Source: Pseudomonadota bacterium (GTDB lineage: Bacteria; Desulfobacterota; Binatia; Binatales; Binataceae). From it: 64,000 nucleotides of DNA. The notes beneath the pieces were generated by a model, which saw nothing but the letters and a program-made list of their open reading frames with translations, was not told the origin of the DNA and ran no database searches. The stretch covers positions 72,862 to 136,861 of the forward strand of contig JAJPHZ010000019.1 in assembly GCA_021325025.1 (NCBI GenBank). The letters are read 5' to 3'. Positions 50,401-60,665 of this stretch are shown one piece after another. Made by a program: the position numbers and the translations under genes. Numbering within the stretch: the first letter of the stretch is position 1; each line of letters begins with the position of its first letter.

Positions 50401-50634
50401 GCGCGGCGCGGCCAGCATCGCGCTGACCACCGGATAGGTGACCTGATCCTCGATTACGGTGGGCGGCTGTCCCATCCATTGCGTGTGCACGATGACCTGC
50501 ACGTCGGAGATATCGGGCAGCGCGTCGAGCGGAATGCGCTCCAGCGACCAGATTCCCGCGCCGGCCAGGACCAACACTGCAAACCACAGCAGGAAGCGGT
50601 TGGCGTTGCACCGTTCGATGATTCGGTCGATCAT
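47494..50634 (-). CDS. heavy-metal efflux RND transporter, CusA/CzcA family
   Basis: 1046-aa 12-TM RND protein with HME-type sequence throughout. Confidence 0.9.
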   Translation of the reverse strand: MIDRIIERCNANRFLLWFAVLVLAGAGIWSLERIPLDALPDISDVQVIVHTQWMGQPPTVIEDQVTYPVVSAMLAAPRVKAVRAQTMPNDSYVFVVFEDGTDIYWARSRVLEYLQQITALLPPGVAPVIGPDATGAGWVFEYLVVDRRHNLSLAQLRSLQDWYLRYQLETVPGVAEVATIGGFVRQYQVKLDPNRLLALDIPLRDVIDRVRDSNGQVGGKTLEMNGASYLIQSPAYINSLDQLREVPVAIRNGTPVLIRDLGVVSYGPDQREGVAEWNGEGEAVGGIVVMRFGQNALNVIEGVKRKLAQLRSSLPPGVEIETGYDRSGLIRESISTLGHDLIEEAIIVSLVIVIFLFHFRSALIPILILPLAVLASFIPMYYLQVSSNIMSLGGLALAIGVLVDASIVMVENGYRHLSEAQAAAAREGSALAAEARRDVLLAAARQVGRPIFFSMVIIVVSFLPVFLLEAQEGRMFRPLAWTKTFAITFSSILAVTVVPVLMLLLIRGRRLRAESANPITRICQAAYLPIIRWCLRHRGLTIAVNVIFLAATLPLAWRIGSQFMPPLYEGSALYMPTALPGISITSAANLLQKQDQIIRTFPEVESVFGSAGRSDSATDNAPLDMFDTTVMLRPRAQWRPGMTYERLITEMDSKLQFPGLSNVWTMPVENRLDMELTGIKTPVGLKIQGPRLDEIQRIGSAVEEVLKPVAGTRGVFAERVSQGFYINVTVDRAAAARYGLTAGDVQLAVESGIGGANIATTVEGRERYPINVRYLADYRDNPAPLRQVLIATPAGAQIPLGEVAKVAISPGPTMVRDEDGQLTGYVYVDTAGSDYGGYVARAQRALERNLRLPTGYTLKWSGEFEFQLRARKRLSYILPLVFIAIFVLLYILFESATEAIVLLLPCLYAMTGGLVLQYLMGFNFSVAVWVGYIALFGIAVETGVVMVIYLDEALHRRLAAGALSHELIEAAAIEGSVQRLRPKLMTVAVVMMSLAPILWSSGIGSDVMKPIAAPIVGGMVTSTIHVLILVPVFFAMMQERRLRRPT

Positions 50635-50643
50635 GGCCGCCTC

Positions 50644-52128
50644 CTACATTCCGCCGCCGACGCTGACGTTGCGCTGTTCGGTGGCCAGTGTGCGGCCGTC
50701 CTTGACGGCGGTAATCGTCACCTGCCAGGTGCCGCCGGAATCGAGATCCACCGCCGCTTCGTAAACTCCGCCGCCCAGCTCTTTGGCCACGCCGCCGGCA
50801 TGCATCGCCGCCATCCCCATGGCCGGCATCGCCGCCATGAAGAATGAAACGGTCACCTGCGCGCCGGTGACGGGTTTGCCGCCGGGGTCGCGCAACATGA
50901 CGCGAACGACATTGTGGCCGCGATATGGCGGGCTGGGCTGCGTGGTCATTTCGATTCGCGCCTGCGGTGCAGCACCCGGTTGGGCAATTGCCCCCGCACC
51001 TGGAGGCGGCGGCGCGAAACTGCCCATCGCCGCCTGCAACTGACTTTCCGAGTCGACCAGGAAGTTGGCTGAACTGACAATTCGCTCGCCGGCTTTGAGT
51101 CCGCGCAGCACGACGTAATCGCCGCCGACGTGCGGGCCGAGTTCCACCTCGCGCGGTACCAGGTAGCCGTCGCCGCGATCGATGAACACCACGTTGTGCA
51201 TACCGGTGCGCAGCACGCCGCTGTCGGGGATTGTCAGATGGCGCCCCAGCGGCAGGCGCAGCGCGACGCGCCCGAACATTCCCGGCGTCAGCTTGGCGCC
51301 ATGGTTGGCCAGGCTGACGCGCACCTTGACGGTTCGCGTGGCGGGATCGATCTGCGGTCGGATAAAGTCGACGCTGCCGGTGAATTGCTCACCCGGCCAC
51401 GCGTCGACGGTAAAGGTCGCCGGATCGCCCAGCCGTACGCGGCCCGCGTCTTGCTGAAAGACGGCGGCGTAAACCCAGATAGTCGAGAGGTCGGCGATCA
51501 CGAACAGCCGCGTGTCGGGCTGCACGTACATGTTTGGAAACGCACTGCGCTCGGCCAGGTACCCGTCGGCCGGCGCAAGGACGGTAATCGAACGCCGGAC
51601 CGCACGCGTTTGCCGCAAGCGGCGGATTTCATCCTCCGGCACGCCCCACAGCCGCAGCCGCTCCAGCGCCGAGTCAACCAGCGAGTCGGCGCTCGCCGCC
51701 ACCCCTTCCACGCTGCTGTCCGCGATGCGATCGCGGGCCCTGAGCGCCAGCAGATATTCCTCTTCGGTGGCGCGCAGGTCGGGGCTGTAAATCGAGAACA
51801 GCGGCTGACCGCGCCGCACATACTGCCAGGTCTGATTGGCGTACACTTTGTCGATCCAGCCCGCAAAGCGCGTCTGTACGTAGACCAGGCGGCGTTCGTC
51901 CGCCTCGACCATCGCGGTGGCCTGCAGCAGGTCGGAAACGTCGTGCTCTCTGACCTGCGCCACGGTGACGCCGATCAGCTGCCGGCGTTCGGGACTGAGC
52001 CGGATGGGCGCCAGGGCTCCGGGTGCCTGGGCAAGGGAGCGCGCAGGGGATGCGCAGAGCATTCCCAACGCCATGGCGGCCAGCATCGCGGCCCGATTGA
52101 TGGTCACTTGCGAGGAAGGATTCGTCAT
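50644..52128 (-). CDS. efflux RND periplasmic adaptor subunit (CusB/CzcB-like) with extra C-terminal domain
   Basis: Signal/TM N-terminus, MFP barrel-sandwich and beta-barrel regions, and a C-terminal roughly 100-aa extension rich in Met/Gly. It is the middle gene of the operon. Confidence 0.8.
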   Translation of the reverse strand: MTNPSSQVTINRAAMLAAMALGMLCASPARSLAQAPGALAPIRLSPERRQLIGVTVAQVREHDVSDLLQATAMVEADERRLVYVQTRFAGWIDKVYANQTWQYVRRGQPLFSIYSPDLRATEEEYLLALRARDRIADSSVEGVAASADSLVDSALERLRLWGVPEDEIRRLRQTRAVRRSITVLAPADGYLAERSAFPNMYVQPDTRLFVIADLSTIWVYAAVFQQDAGRVRLGDPATFTVDAWPGEQFTGSVDFIRPQIDPATRTVKVRVSLANHGAKLTPGMFGRVALRLPLGRHLTIPDSGVLRTGMHNVVFIDRGDGYLVPREVELGPHVGGDYVVLRGLKAGERIVSSANFLVDSESQLQAAMGSFAPPPPGAGAIAQPGAAPQARIEMTTQPSPPYRGHNVVRVMLRDPGGKPVTGAQVTVSFFMAAMPAMGMAAMHAGGVAKELGGGVYEAAVDLDSGGTWQVTITAVKDGRTLATEQRNVSVGGGM

Positions 52129-53417
52129 GGTTCCTCCTCGATGAACTGTTCGATCCTGGCGGCGGCGATTTCGTGGTCGGCCACCGTTCGGTAATACTCC
52201 TGGTGCAGGTTGTAGAGGTCGGTTTGTGCGGCAATCACCGTTTGAAAATCGGCGTTACCCGCCTGATAGGCGGCCAGGGCCGAATCGGCGGCAGTGCGGC
52301 TTTGCGGCAGCAATCCCTCGCGGTAGATTTTGATAATCCGATCGGCGGCGCGCAGCGCCACCAGGTCCGCCTCGGCGTCAGAGGAAACTTCCAATTCGCC
52401 TGCCTGCTGCTGCCGCTGTGCGGCTTCCAGCTCCAGCGCCGCCTGCTCGACCGCCGGCGTCTGCTTGCGCCAGAAGTAAAGCGGTACGGTCGCACCCAGC
52501 GACAGCATGTAGTAATCGCGAAAGCCCGGCCCGGTCTTCTGGTACATGTAGCCGACGCTGAAGTCGGGCCAGTAATTCTTGCGTGCCAGCCTGAGCTTGT
52601 CGCTGCCGGCTTGCGCCGCAATGCGCAGCATCTCAAGCTGCGGCGCGCGCGCCGCCACCAGCTTGCGCAGCTCTGCCGGGTCGAGTTCGATCCTGCTGGG
52701 CGTCACGTCGCCGGCTTCGATATCAGCGGAATCGGCGCCGCGTCCCAACTCGGCCTTCATCTGAAGGTTCACCTGGTGCTCCTCCTGATGATGCATCGCC
52801 AGTTCCTTGAGGATCGCAGTCTGCTTGAGCTGCGCGGCGATCAGGTCGTATTGCTGCCCGCGCCCGGAGCGGTAACGAACGCCGGCGGCCCGCGTGAGCT
52901 GGTCCAGCTCGGCGCGGGTCAGGTTGAGAGTCGCCAGCAGCCTGGTGTGGTAGAATAACTCGAAGTAGAGTTCGCGGACCTTTTCGCGCACCTCGCGCCG
53001 CGTCTGCCGCAACTGCTCGCTGGCATACTGCGCATCGCGCCGCGCGATCGCCGAACTCAGTGCAAGTTTGCCCGGATACGGAATGCTCTGGCTGACTCCG
53101 AAACCGGTGTAGGCGAAATCGCTGGTGGTAAGTCCAGCGCCGGGCAGCGGGCTGCCGACCGAAAACGGCTGCAGCGTCAGTTGTGGATCGGGCAGCGTCG
53201 CCGCCTGGATCGGGCCCCTGGTCAGTGCCTGCCAATGCAGCCGCGCGGCCGCGATGCGCGGACTGCGGGCCATCGCCTCAGCAATCAGCGCCCTGAGCTG
53301 GGGCGGGTCCTGATAGCCGATCCCCGAGCGCTGCCCCGCATCCGCGTCTGCGGCAAGATGTAAGATCGCGACCGCGCATACCGCGGCCTGCAAAATACCT
53401 CGTAATCCGTGTGCCAT
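52125..53417 (-). CDS. TolC-family outer-membrane efflux protein (CusC-like)
   Basis: Signal peptide from MAHGLRGILQAAVCAVAILH and duplicated OEP repeats. Start chosen at the ATG at 53417. Confidence 0.8.
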   Translation of the reverse strand: MAHGLRGILQAAVCAVAILHLAADADAGQRSGIGYQDPPQLRALIAEAMARSPRIAAARLHWQALTRGPIQAATLPDPQLTLQPFSVGSPLPGAGLTTSDFAYTGFGVSQSIPYPGKLALSSAIARRDAQYASEQLRQTRREVREKVRELYFELFYHTRLLATLNLTRAELDQLTRAAGVRYRSGRGQQYDLIAAQLKQTAILKELAMHHQEEHQVNLQMKAELGRGADSADIEAGDVTPSRIELDPAELRKLVAARAPQLEMLRIAAQAGSDKLRLARKNYWPDFSVGYMYQKTGPGFRDYYMLSLGATVPLYFWRKQTPAVEQAALELEAAQRQQQAGELEVSSDAEADLVALRAADRIIKIYREGLLPQSRTAADSALAAYQAGNADFQTVIAAQTDLYNLHQEYYRTVADHEIAAARIEQFIEEEP

Positions 53418-53540
53418 CGAACACTCTCTTCCACTGGTTACGGCCGCCCGCCCGGCGGCCATAGTTGTGCACGGTTGCGTCGCTGTGCGCCCGCAATCAG
53501 GCGGCGGGCGCAAATCGGCGTCAAGCGCAGAAGAGAGCGA

Positions 53541-53888
53541 TCAGATTTGCAGCGGATGCTGCTGCGGCACGGACTGGAATAACGAATATGCGCGCGCCGG
53601 GGTCAGGCGCGGCGGATGCGTCGGCACGGTCTGCGCCGTCCGCGCTGCATGCGCGGGCGACGGCACGCAGGTCGAGGCGGGCGCAGCCACGGGCGCGGCG
53701 TTGAACTCGCCCTGAACGGCCGCACAGCACGAAGCACCGCCCATCTGCTCGCCCATCGCGCACGAGGCGCCCGCGCAGCACGGCATCGTGTAGCCCGTGT
53801 CGGAATCCTGAAAACACACTCCGAGGCTGGGCAACACAAGCCCCACGACGATGAGCGCGCTGAGCAGTGCCCTGGCCACGGGTTTCAA
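53541..53888 (-). CDS. small Cys-rich putative secreted protein upstream of the cus-type operon
   Basis: 115 aa with an N-terminal signal-like segment. The mature part carries CC..C..CC (CCAGASCAMGEQMGGASCCAA). TTG start with no SD. Confidence 0.3.
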   Translation of the reverse strand: MKPVARALLSALIVVGLVLPSLGVCFQDSDTGYTMPCCAGASCAMGEQMGGASCCAAVQGEFNAAPVAAPASTCVPSPAHAARTAQTVPTHPPRLTPARAYSLFQSVPQQHPLQI

Positions 53889-53933
53889 GTTTATTTGCGC
53901 AGATGCGACGCTACAAGGCCCAGGCGCATGGTT

Positions 53934-55388
53934 TCACGCGGCCTTTTGCGATGCCAAGGATGCCACCGCGCTTGCCACCGCCGTGCCCTTGAAGAAATCG
54001 GGGTTGACCGCGGTCCACAATCGGGCCGGATTTACGAACACGAAATCACGGAAGTCGTCTTCGGTAATCAGGCCATGCTCGACCAGCTCGTACGCTTCCG
54101 CCGCGACCGCGCTCATGTCGGGGACGTCGAAGTGGCCGATATCCGAGCCGAAGACAGCGTTGAGCCGCGCGCCAAAAGGATTGCGCGTGGCGTCGAAGGC
54201 GGCGGCAGTGACGGGGTCGTCGGCCTCGCATCCGAAGTAGAAGCTGGGCACGAAGCGATCGCGCAGGTCCTGCTTGCTTTCGATGGCGCAGGCGGCGAAC
54301 TCGTCGATCATCGCCGGGTCCTCGACATTGGTCCCGAATTGCGCGGCTTCCTGGCCGACTACCGCGGCTCTGAAAAGCTTTCCGCCATAGCGCTGGTGCA
54401 GTTCGCTCAGCCGGGCGCGATCGACGGCGCGCGGATCGTACTTGACCACCTCGCGCACATTGCGTTTCTCCCAATGGCCGACCAGGTCGCACAGCAGCGA
54501 CCGTCCCCATCCCACACCGCCTTCGAGAAACAAAAACTTAAGCTTCGGGAAGCGCCGCGTGACGCCGCCCATGAACAGGGACTTGGCCGTCGCCTCTCCT
54601 GCCGCCGCGAAGTGGCCGATGTGGTTGTAAACGAAATTGGAAATCGACGTGCGGCTGCCCCATCCCTCGCCGGGGCTGTGAAAGGTGGGCACTACGCCCA
54701 ACTCTTCACAGCGCCGCCATACCGGGTCGTAGTCGTACTCGCTGTCGATGCCGTAGGTGTCGAGGCGAAAGGCGTAGCGCGCCGCCTCCGGATATTTGGC
54801 GGCGGCCGCAATCGGACGCTTGACGTAGTTGGGCAGCATCACCACCTTAAGCCCGCGCTTGGTGACCGCGTAATCCAGTTCCTCGAGCGCCTCGCGCGGG
54901 GTATGCATCGGGATGATGGCGGCGGGGGTCATGCGGTCGCCGAACTCGCCAAACAGGTCGGCATAATAGTCATTGAGCGCGCGGCATCCGATGCGCCTGA
55001 TTTCCTCGCCGGCAAACATCGGCGGATGAAGTCCCATGGTCGGATACAGCACCGCGTAATCGAAGCCAAATTCGTCCATCCGCTCGTGCAGCAGCTGGGG
55101 AAAAAGCCCAGAGGCCAGGTCCAGGGTGTTGCGCGCCGGAACCATGTAAAACGGGGGGCGGCGCGACCACAACTCACGCCGTTCCTGCGCACTTTGTCTG
55201 TACCAGTCGAAGTTCAGGTAGGCGGTGCGGAAGCCGACGCGAAAATCCTTGACCGCCCCGGCGCCGCCCGCCTTTTGCACGTATTCGGTCAGGACCGGAA
55301 GGAACTCCAGCAGATGCCCATCGGAGTCGATGATCGGATGGCTCAGGCGCGCGCGCAGCGCCGCCGATTTCGATTTGACTGCTGCCAT
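53934..55388 (-). CDS. amidohydrolase family 2 protein
   Basis: IIDSDGHLLEFLP... N-terminus and overall PF04909-like TIM-barrel hydrolase sequence. Confidence 0.7.
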   Translation of the reverse strand: MAAVKSKSAALRARLSHPIIDSDGHLLEFLPVLTEYVQKAGGAGAVKDFRVGFRTAYLNFDWYRQSAQERRELWSRRPPFYMVPARNTLDLASGLFPQLLHERMDEFGFDYAVLYPTMGLHPPMFAGEEIRRIGCRALNDYYADLFGEFGDRMTPAAIIPMHTPREALEELDYAVTKRGLKVVMLPNYVKRPIAAAAKYPEAARYAFRLDTYGIDSEYDYDPVWRRCEELGVVPTFHSPGEGWGSRTSISNFVYNHIGHFAAAGEATAKSLFMGGVTRRFPKLKFLFLEGGVGWGRSLLCDLVGHWEKRNVREVVKYDPRAVDRARLSELHQRYGGKLFRAAVVGQEAAQFGTNVEDPAMIDEFAACAIESKQDLRDRFVPSFYFGCEADDPVTAAAFDATRNPFGARLNAVFGSDIGHFDVPDMSAVAAEAYELVEHGLITEDDFRDFVFVNPARLWTAVNPDFFKGTAVASAVASLASQKAA

Positions 55389-55518
55389 GACGGAGTAATC
55401 CCCGAACGCTCAAATCTCGTGCGAAGTTTATCAGGAATCACCATCCCAACAAGTCCGGCTGTCTGCGCCCGACGCTGCACCATTACCGCGGGGGGTCCGA
55501 AAAAATACCCGCGCGATC

Positions 55519-56562
55519 TCAACTGCTCATCCATTCCGGATGGCGCGAAGTGCCGTCGAAGAACGCGCTGGTTTTGTAAAGTTCGTACTCGCCCCTGGCG
55601 GCGGGCTTGACGGTCGCGGCGAGGATCGCGGCGACCTGTTCGCTGCTCAACGGACGAAAGCTGCGTGCGGCGTCGAGCGCCTGCTGGAGAATCTCCAGCG
55701 AATCGCATCCGGTGATTACCACGCTGACCGGCAGGTTCATCGCGTAGTGCAGGCATTGCAGCGGCGTCACGGCGCCGCTGCGCAGGATGAAACCGCCGCC
55801 CATGCTCTTCATCGCCAGCACGCCGATGTGATGCTTGACCAGCACGGGCAGCACCAGGCGCTCGAAGCTTTCGTAATGGGCGTCCATCGGGTTGAGCGGC
55901 ATCTGCACGGCGTCGAAAGTAAAGCGATGCTGCGCGGCGGTCTTGAGCATGTGCAGATGCGCGGCGGGACTCTTGTGCCCGGTAAACCCGATGTAGCGGA
56001 TTTTGCCCGCCTGTTTAGCCGCGAGGGCAGCCTCGATGGCGCCGCCGGGGGCGAAGATTCGGTCGGCGTCGGAGATGCGCAGGATCTCGTGGAACTGCAG
56101 CAGGTCGATGGTATCGGTTTGCAGGCGCCGCAGGCAGTCGTCGAGCTGGCGCGCGGCGGTCTTGCGATCGCGCCCGTCGATCTTGGTCATCAAAAAGACC
56201 TTGCGCCGATACCCGTCGCGCAGCGCCTTGCCCATCCGCTCCTCGCACACGCCGGCGCTGTAGTCCCAACAGTTGTCCATGAAGTTGACGCCGTTGTCGA
56301 TCGCGGCGCGCACGATGCTGATGGCGTAGGATTCCTCCAGATGGGGGCTAAGGTGGGCCCCGCCCACCCCGATGAGCGACACCTTCTCGCCCGTGCGCCC
56401 CAACCTGCGGTAGGGCATCGGGGCGGCTGCGCTCCGGCCCCGATCATCCGCCGGCAGCGCCAATGAACTGCCGGCGAGCGAGGCTCCAGCCACGGTCAGG
56501 GCCAGGAACTCCCGGCGTGTCAGCGCGCCGGCGCGCCGGCGGCGCGAATCCCGTTTGCGCAT
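55519..56562 (-). CDS. aldo/keto reductase with Tat signal peptide
   Basis: MRKRDSRRRRAGALTRREFLALTVAGASLAGSSLALPA (twin-arginine motif) followed by an AKR core (YRRLGRTG...IDLLQFHE). Start set at the ATG at 56562. Confidence 0.75.
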   Translation of the reverse strand: MRKRDSRRRRAGALTRREFLALTVAGASLAGSSLALPADDRGRSAAAPMPYRRLGRTGEKVSLIGVGGAHLSPHLEESYAISIVRAAIDNGVNFMDNCWDYSAGVCEERMGKALRDGYRRKVFLMTKIDGRDRKTAARQLDDCLRRLQTDTIDLLQFHEILRISDADRIFAPGGAIEAALAAKQAGKIRYIGFTGHKSPAAHLHMLKTAAQHRFTFDAVQMPLNPMDAHYESFERLVLPVLVKHHIGVLAMKSMGGGFILRSGAVTPLQCLHYAMNLPVSVVITGCDSLEILQQALDAARSFRPLSSEQVAAILAATVKPAARGEYELYKTSAFFDGTSRHPEWMSS

Positions 56563-56681
56563 AGATAACCAGGCGGGACGGCGTTTGAAATCGCGCCTTC
56601 GCGTTCCCGCTCCTCCTTTGGGAATCTTCGGGACAAAGTGTAACAGATTCCCGGGCCGCGGTTTTGTGGTTTTAAACGCCC

Positions 56682-57287
56682 TCAGCGCGCCGGATAGGGC
56701 AGCGGATGAGCCGCCTCGTAGGCGGCAATCCGGCTCTCGTGCATCAGCGTCAGGCCAATGTCGTCGAGCCCCTCGAGCAGGCATTTCCTGGCGAACGGCT
56801 CGACCTCGAACCGTGCCGACCATCCGTAGGCATCGCGCACCGTCTGGTTGTCCAGATCGACCGTCAGGCTGTAGCCGGGATGCTCGCCGATCATCACGAA
56901 GATGCGGTCGACTTCGGCGGCCGACAAAATCACGGGCAGCAGCCCGTTCTTCATCGCGTTGTTGCGGAAGATGTCGGCGAACGAGGGCGCGATCACAGCG
57001 CGAAAGCCGAAGTCGTCCAGCGCCCACACCGCATGCTCGCGCGAACTGCCCGAGCCGAAGTTGGCGCGCGCCACCAGCACCGACGCGCCCTTGTAGCGCG
57101 GGTCGTTGAGCACGAAAGCGGGATCCTCGCTGCCGTCGGCGCGATAGCGCCAGTCGAAAAACAGCCCGCGGCCCAGACCGCTGCGCACGATCGCCTTTAA
57201 AAACTGCTTGGGAATGATCTGATCGGTATCGACGTTGGCCTTGTCCAGCGGCGCCACCAAACCGGTGAACGTCTTGAATGCGCGCAT
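56682..57287 (-). CDS. leuD: 3-isopropylmalate dehydratase small subunit
   Basis: 201-aa LeuD sequence (..[11 protein letters not shown].., GENFGCGSSRE-like region). Confidence 0.9.
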   Translation of the reverse strand: MRAFKTFTGLVAPLDKANVDTDQIIPKQFLKAIVRSGLGRGLFFDWRYRADGSEDPAFVLNDPRYKGASVLVARANFGSGSSREHAVWALDDFGFRAVIAPSFADIFRNNAMKNGLLPVILSAAEVDRIFVMIGEHPGYSLTVDLDNQTVRDAYGWSARFEVEPFARKCLLEGLDDIGLTLMHESRIAAYEAAHPLPYPAR

Positions 57288-57309
57288 GCTCGCTAATCCT
57301 CTTCTTTCT

Positions 57310-58713
57310 TCAGGCCCAATGGCGCACGTCCACGAAATGCCCCGCGACCGCCGCCGCCGCCGCCATCTGCGGGCTTACCAGATGGGTCCGCCCGCCCTTG
57401 CCCTGACGCCCCTCGAAATTGCGGTTGGATGTGCTGGCGCATCGCTCCTGCGGCTTGAGGATGTCGGGATTCATCCCCAGGCACATGCTGCATCCCGACT
57501 CGCGCCACTCAAAGCCGGCGTCCTTGAAGATGCGGTCCAGGCCGAGCGCCTCGGCCTGGGCCTTGACCTGCTGCGATCCCGGCACCACCATCGCGTGCAC
57601 GCTGGCGGCAACCTTGCGCCCCTTGACGATCTGTGCGGCGGCCTTCAAATCGAACAGTCGGGAATTTGTGCACGAGCCGATGAACACGCGGTCGACTTTG
57701 ATGTCAGTGATGGGCGTGCCGGGCGTAAGCCCCATGTACTCCAGTGCCCGCTCGGCGGCCTTGCGCTGGGAGGGATCGGCAAAGCTGGCCGGATCGGGCA
57801 CCCTGGCGGTGACCTCGGCCACCATCCCGGGGTTGGTGCCCCAGGTGACCTGCGGCGCGATCGCGCCCGCGTCCATCGCGACGGTGGTATCAAATCGGGC
57901 GCCCTCGTCGGTGGCGAACCCAAGCCAGCGCGCGGCAGCGCGGTCGAACTCCGTGCCCTGCGGGGCGTAGCGGCGTCCGCGCAGGTAGTCGATCGTGACC
58001 TGGTCGGGCGCGATCATGCCGGCGCGTGCGCCCGCTTCGATCGACATGTTGCACACCGTCATCCGCTCTTCCATCGACAACGCCGCAATTGCCGCGCCGC
58101 GATATTCAATCACGTGGCCGGTGGCGCCGTCGGTGCCAATCTTGCCGATTATCGCCAGGATGATGTCCTTGGCGGTCACGCCCGCACCCAGCTTGCCGTC
58201 GAGCCTGATTTCCATCGTGCGCGGCCGCTCCTGCCACAGGCATTGCGTGGCCAGCACATGCTCGACCTCGCTGGTGCCGATACCGAAGGCCAGCGCGCCA
58301 AAGGCGCCGTGCGTGGCGGTGTGGGAATCGCCGCACACGATCGTCATCCCAGGCTGCGTCAGTCCCAGCTCGGGGCCGATCACGTGCACGATCCCCTGCT
58401 CGCTGGCGCCGAGGTCGAACAGGCGCACGCCGAACTCCCGGCAGTTGGCGCGCAGCGCCTCGACCTGGCGCGCCGATTCGGGGTCGGCGATGGGCAGGTT
58501 GCGGTCGGTGGTCGGCACGTTGTGGTCCTGGGTGGCATAGGTGCGCATCGGCGCACGCACCTTGCGGCCGGCCGTGCGCAACCCTTCAAAGGCCTGCGGC
58601 GAAGTGACTTCATGCACCAAATGCAGGTCGATATAAAGCAGCGCCGGCTGCCCGGTCTCCTGATGGACCACATGCTCGTCCCAGACCTTTTCAAACAACG
58701 TCCTTGCCGCCAT
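57310..58713 (-). CDS. leuC: 3-isopropylmalate dehydratase large subunit
   Basis: 467-aa aconitase-family LeuC with cluster-binding Cys (GSCTNS). GAGAGG SD 7 nt upstream. Confidence 0.9.
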   Translation of the reverse strand: MAARTLFEKVWDEHVVHQETGQPALLYIDLHLVHEVTSPQAFEGLRTAGRKVRAPMRTYATQDHNVPTTDRNLPIADPESARQVEALRANCREFGVRLFDLGASEQGIVHVIGPELGLTQPGMTIVCGDSHTATHGAFGALAFGIGTSEVEHVLATQCLWQERPRTMEIRLDGKLGAGVTAKDIILAIIGKIGTDGATGHVIEYRGAAIAALSMEERMTVCNMSIEAGARAGMIAPDQVTIDYLRGRRYAPQGTEFDRAAARWLGFATDEGARFDTTVAMDAGAIAPQVTWGTNPGMVAEVTARVPDPASFADPSQRKAAERALEYMGLTPGTPITDIKVDRVFIGSCTNSRLFDLKAAAQIVKGRKVAASVHAMVVPGSQQVKAQAEALGLDRIFKDAGFEWRESGCSMCLGMNPDILKPQERCASTSNRNFEGRQGKGGRTHLVSPQMAAAAAVAGHFVDVRHWA

Positions 58714-59155
58714 GAAAAACCTCTCGCCGCTCCGCCGTTTGTCCGCTCCGACTGACCTTGGCTCAACGGTCGGTTCGGGTCGATCAAGACCGGAAGACCG
58801 GCGTTGAAAACCAGATTATCCGGTGTTACTGGGGCCGAATCAAAGGCCCGCTCCGGCGGCTCTCCGCCAATACGTGGTGCGGAGATCCTGCCGTGGCGCT
58901 TGGAAAAGCAGCGCCCGTCGAATAAAAACGTGACGCGGACGGAAAAGCGAACTCGCGCCGGTTTACGGTGCACCCCTCCGCTTAGTGGACCTTATATCGC
59001 CCAACTCCACACGATTCGGCATCGTTTCAAACGACGAGCGCCGGGCACTGTTCGTTCGGCGGGTTAGTTGAGCGACATTTAGGCGATCCGAATTGTATGA
59101 GCTGCCCGCCCAGTGGCAGTCAGTTCTTTGTGCGTTTCTCGATCCGCCGATACGG

Positions 59156-60310
59156 TCACTGATTTATCAAGTCTGCGCGCTCTTCGATCAGGCGGTCCAG
59201 TTCCTGGCGCAGGCGGGGTAGCACGTCGTCGTAGCTGAAGTTGCCCAGCTTGCGGTCTTTCTTCTTGAGGTTGACGGTGGTGGGACCGCACCATAGGCCC
59301 AAATCGGCGTCGTCGGTTTCGCCCGGACCGTTTACCCGGCAGCCCATCACCGCGATCGTAATGCGATGTTGGGCGGCGTAGGCGGTCAGTTCCTTGACCT
59401 GCTGGGCCAGTTCCACGAAGCGCTCGTTCTCCACCCGCGAGCACGACGGGCACGAGATGATGTTCAGTCCCTGTCCGTAGTCAGGCACCGAGATGAAGCG
59501 GCCGGCCGCGACGTCTGCCAGGATCTGATGGCCGACCACCACTTCCTCGTGCTTGCGCTCGTTGGGTAGCGTCAGCGATACGCGGATGGTCTCGCCGATA
59601 TGCTGGGCGAGCAGCTTTTCGAAGGCGATGCGGGTCTTGATAATGCCGTCGGGCGGCAGGCCGGCCTCGGTCACCCCCAGGTGGATCGGCACGTCGGGAC
59701 GGCGCTGGGCAAACCGGCGGTTGGCCTCGACCACCTTGGCCGGGTCAGAATCCTTGAGCGACACGATGAAGCGGTTGAAGCCGTATTCGTCCATCAGGTC
59801 GCAATGGTAGGCGGCCGACTCGACGATCGCCTTGAGCTGGTCGTCAGGAAATTTGGCCAGGAAGGCGGGCGCCACCGACCCACAATTGACCCCGATGCGA
59901 ATTGCCAGGTTGTGATCGCGCGCGACATCGACCAGCCATCGCACCTTTTGCGGAATGGTCCTGGCCTTTTCGATATGATGCAGATGGCCGGGGTTGTAGC
60001 GGATCTTGTCGACGTGCGGGGCAACCTTGTCGGCGATCTTGTAGTTTTCCTGCAAATCGACCGAGATTACGATGCCCTTGGTCTGGGCGCGGATTTCCTT
60101 GAGCGCCGCAACTTCCTTTTCGTTGTCCAGCGCGATGCGCACGATGCCGGCGCCGGCGCGGGCCAGTTGATGGGTTTGGGCGACGGTGGCGTCGATATCC
60201 ATCGTGCGCGTGGCGCACATCGATTGCACCACCACCGGGGCGTCGCCGCCCACCGGGATGCCGCCGATGTCGATCTGTCGGGTCTTACGCTGCGGTCCTG
60301 GCTGATCCAT
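59156..60310 (-). CDS. ispG: 4-hydroxy-3-methylbut-2-en-1-yl diphosphate synthase (IspG/GcpE)
   Basis: [24 protein letters not shown]... N-terminus and C-terminal Cys ligands (CPSCSR...GCRVNGPGE). Confidence 0.9.
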   Translation of the reverse strand: MDQPGPQRKTRQIDIGGIPVGGDAPVVVQSMCATRTMDIDATVAQTHQLARAGAGIVRIALDNEKEVAALKEIRAQTKGIVISVDLQENYKIADKVAPHVDKIRYNPGHLHHIEKARTIPQKVRWLVDVARDHNLAIRIGVNCGSVAPAFLAKFPDDQLKAIVESAAYHCDLMDEYGFNRFIVSLKDSDPAKVVEANRRFAQRRPDVPIHLGVTEAGLPPDGIIKTRIAFEKLLAQHIGETIRVSLTLPNERKHEEVVVGHQILADVAAGRFISVPDYGQGLNIISCPSCSRVENERFVELAQQVKELTAYAAQHRITIAVMGCRVNGPGETDDADLGLWCGPTTVNLKKKDRKLGNFSYDDVLPRLRQELDRLIEERADLINQ

Positions 60311-60329
60311 GCTGACGTTTGATCCGGGA

Positions 60330-60665
60330 TTAGTGCTTGTGGGCCTCTTCCGCCGAATTGAGCGAGATAATGCTGTGGCTGAACGCGGCCCCCGCCCGCA
60401 TCGCCATCGCCACGAACACCGCCTCGGCGATTTCCTCGTCCGTCGCGCCGTGCTCCACCGCCGCCTTGGTGTGCACGTCGATACACCACGGGCACTGGGT
60501 GACGTGCGCGGCCGTGATCGCCATCAGCTGCTTCATCTTGCCGCTGATCGCGCCGTCCTTGAACACGGTCTGGTCGAAGTCGATGAAGGCCTTGAACATG
60601 TCGGGTTTGAGCTGGCGCAGCTTGCGCAGGGTCTTGGGAGCGTCGGCGGAGTAAAAGTCTGCCAT
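60330..60665 (-). CDS. carboxymuconolactone decarboxylase / AhpD-like family protein
   Basis: [14 protein letters not shown] is the AhpD-type CxxC..H core. Start at the ATG at 60665 with an AGAGAGGG SD. Confidence 0.7.
   Translation of the reverse strand: MADFYSADAPKTLRKLRQLKPDMFKAFIDFDQTVFKDGAISGKMKQLMAITAAHVTQCPWCIDVHTKAAVEHGATDEEIAEAVFVAMAMRAGAAFSHSIISLNSAEEAHKH

Noticed and set aside
58380-58973. 197-aa ORF covering the leuC upstream leader
   Set aside because: It runs into leuC in the wrong frame and has no SD. It is more likely non-coding leader.
58714-59155. T-box or leucine-attenuator call for the leuC leader
   Set aside because: I could not find the T-box AGGGUGGNACCGCG core or a Leu-codon-rich leader peptide, so it is reported only as an unexplained long leader.
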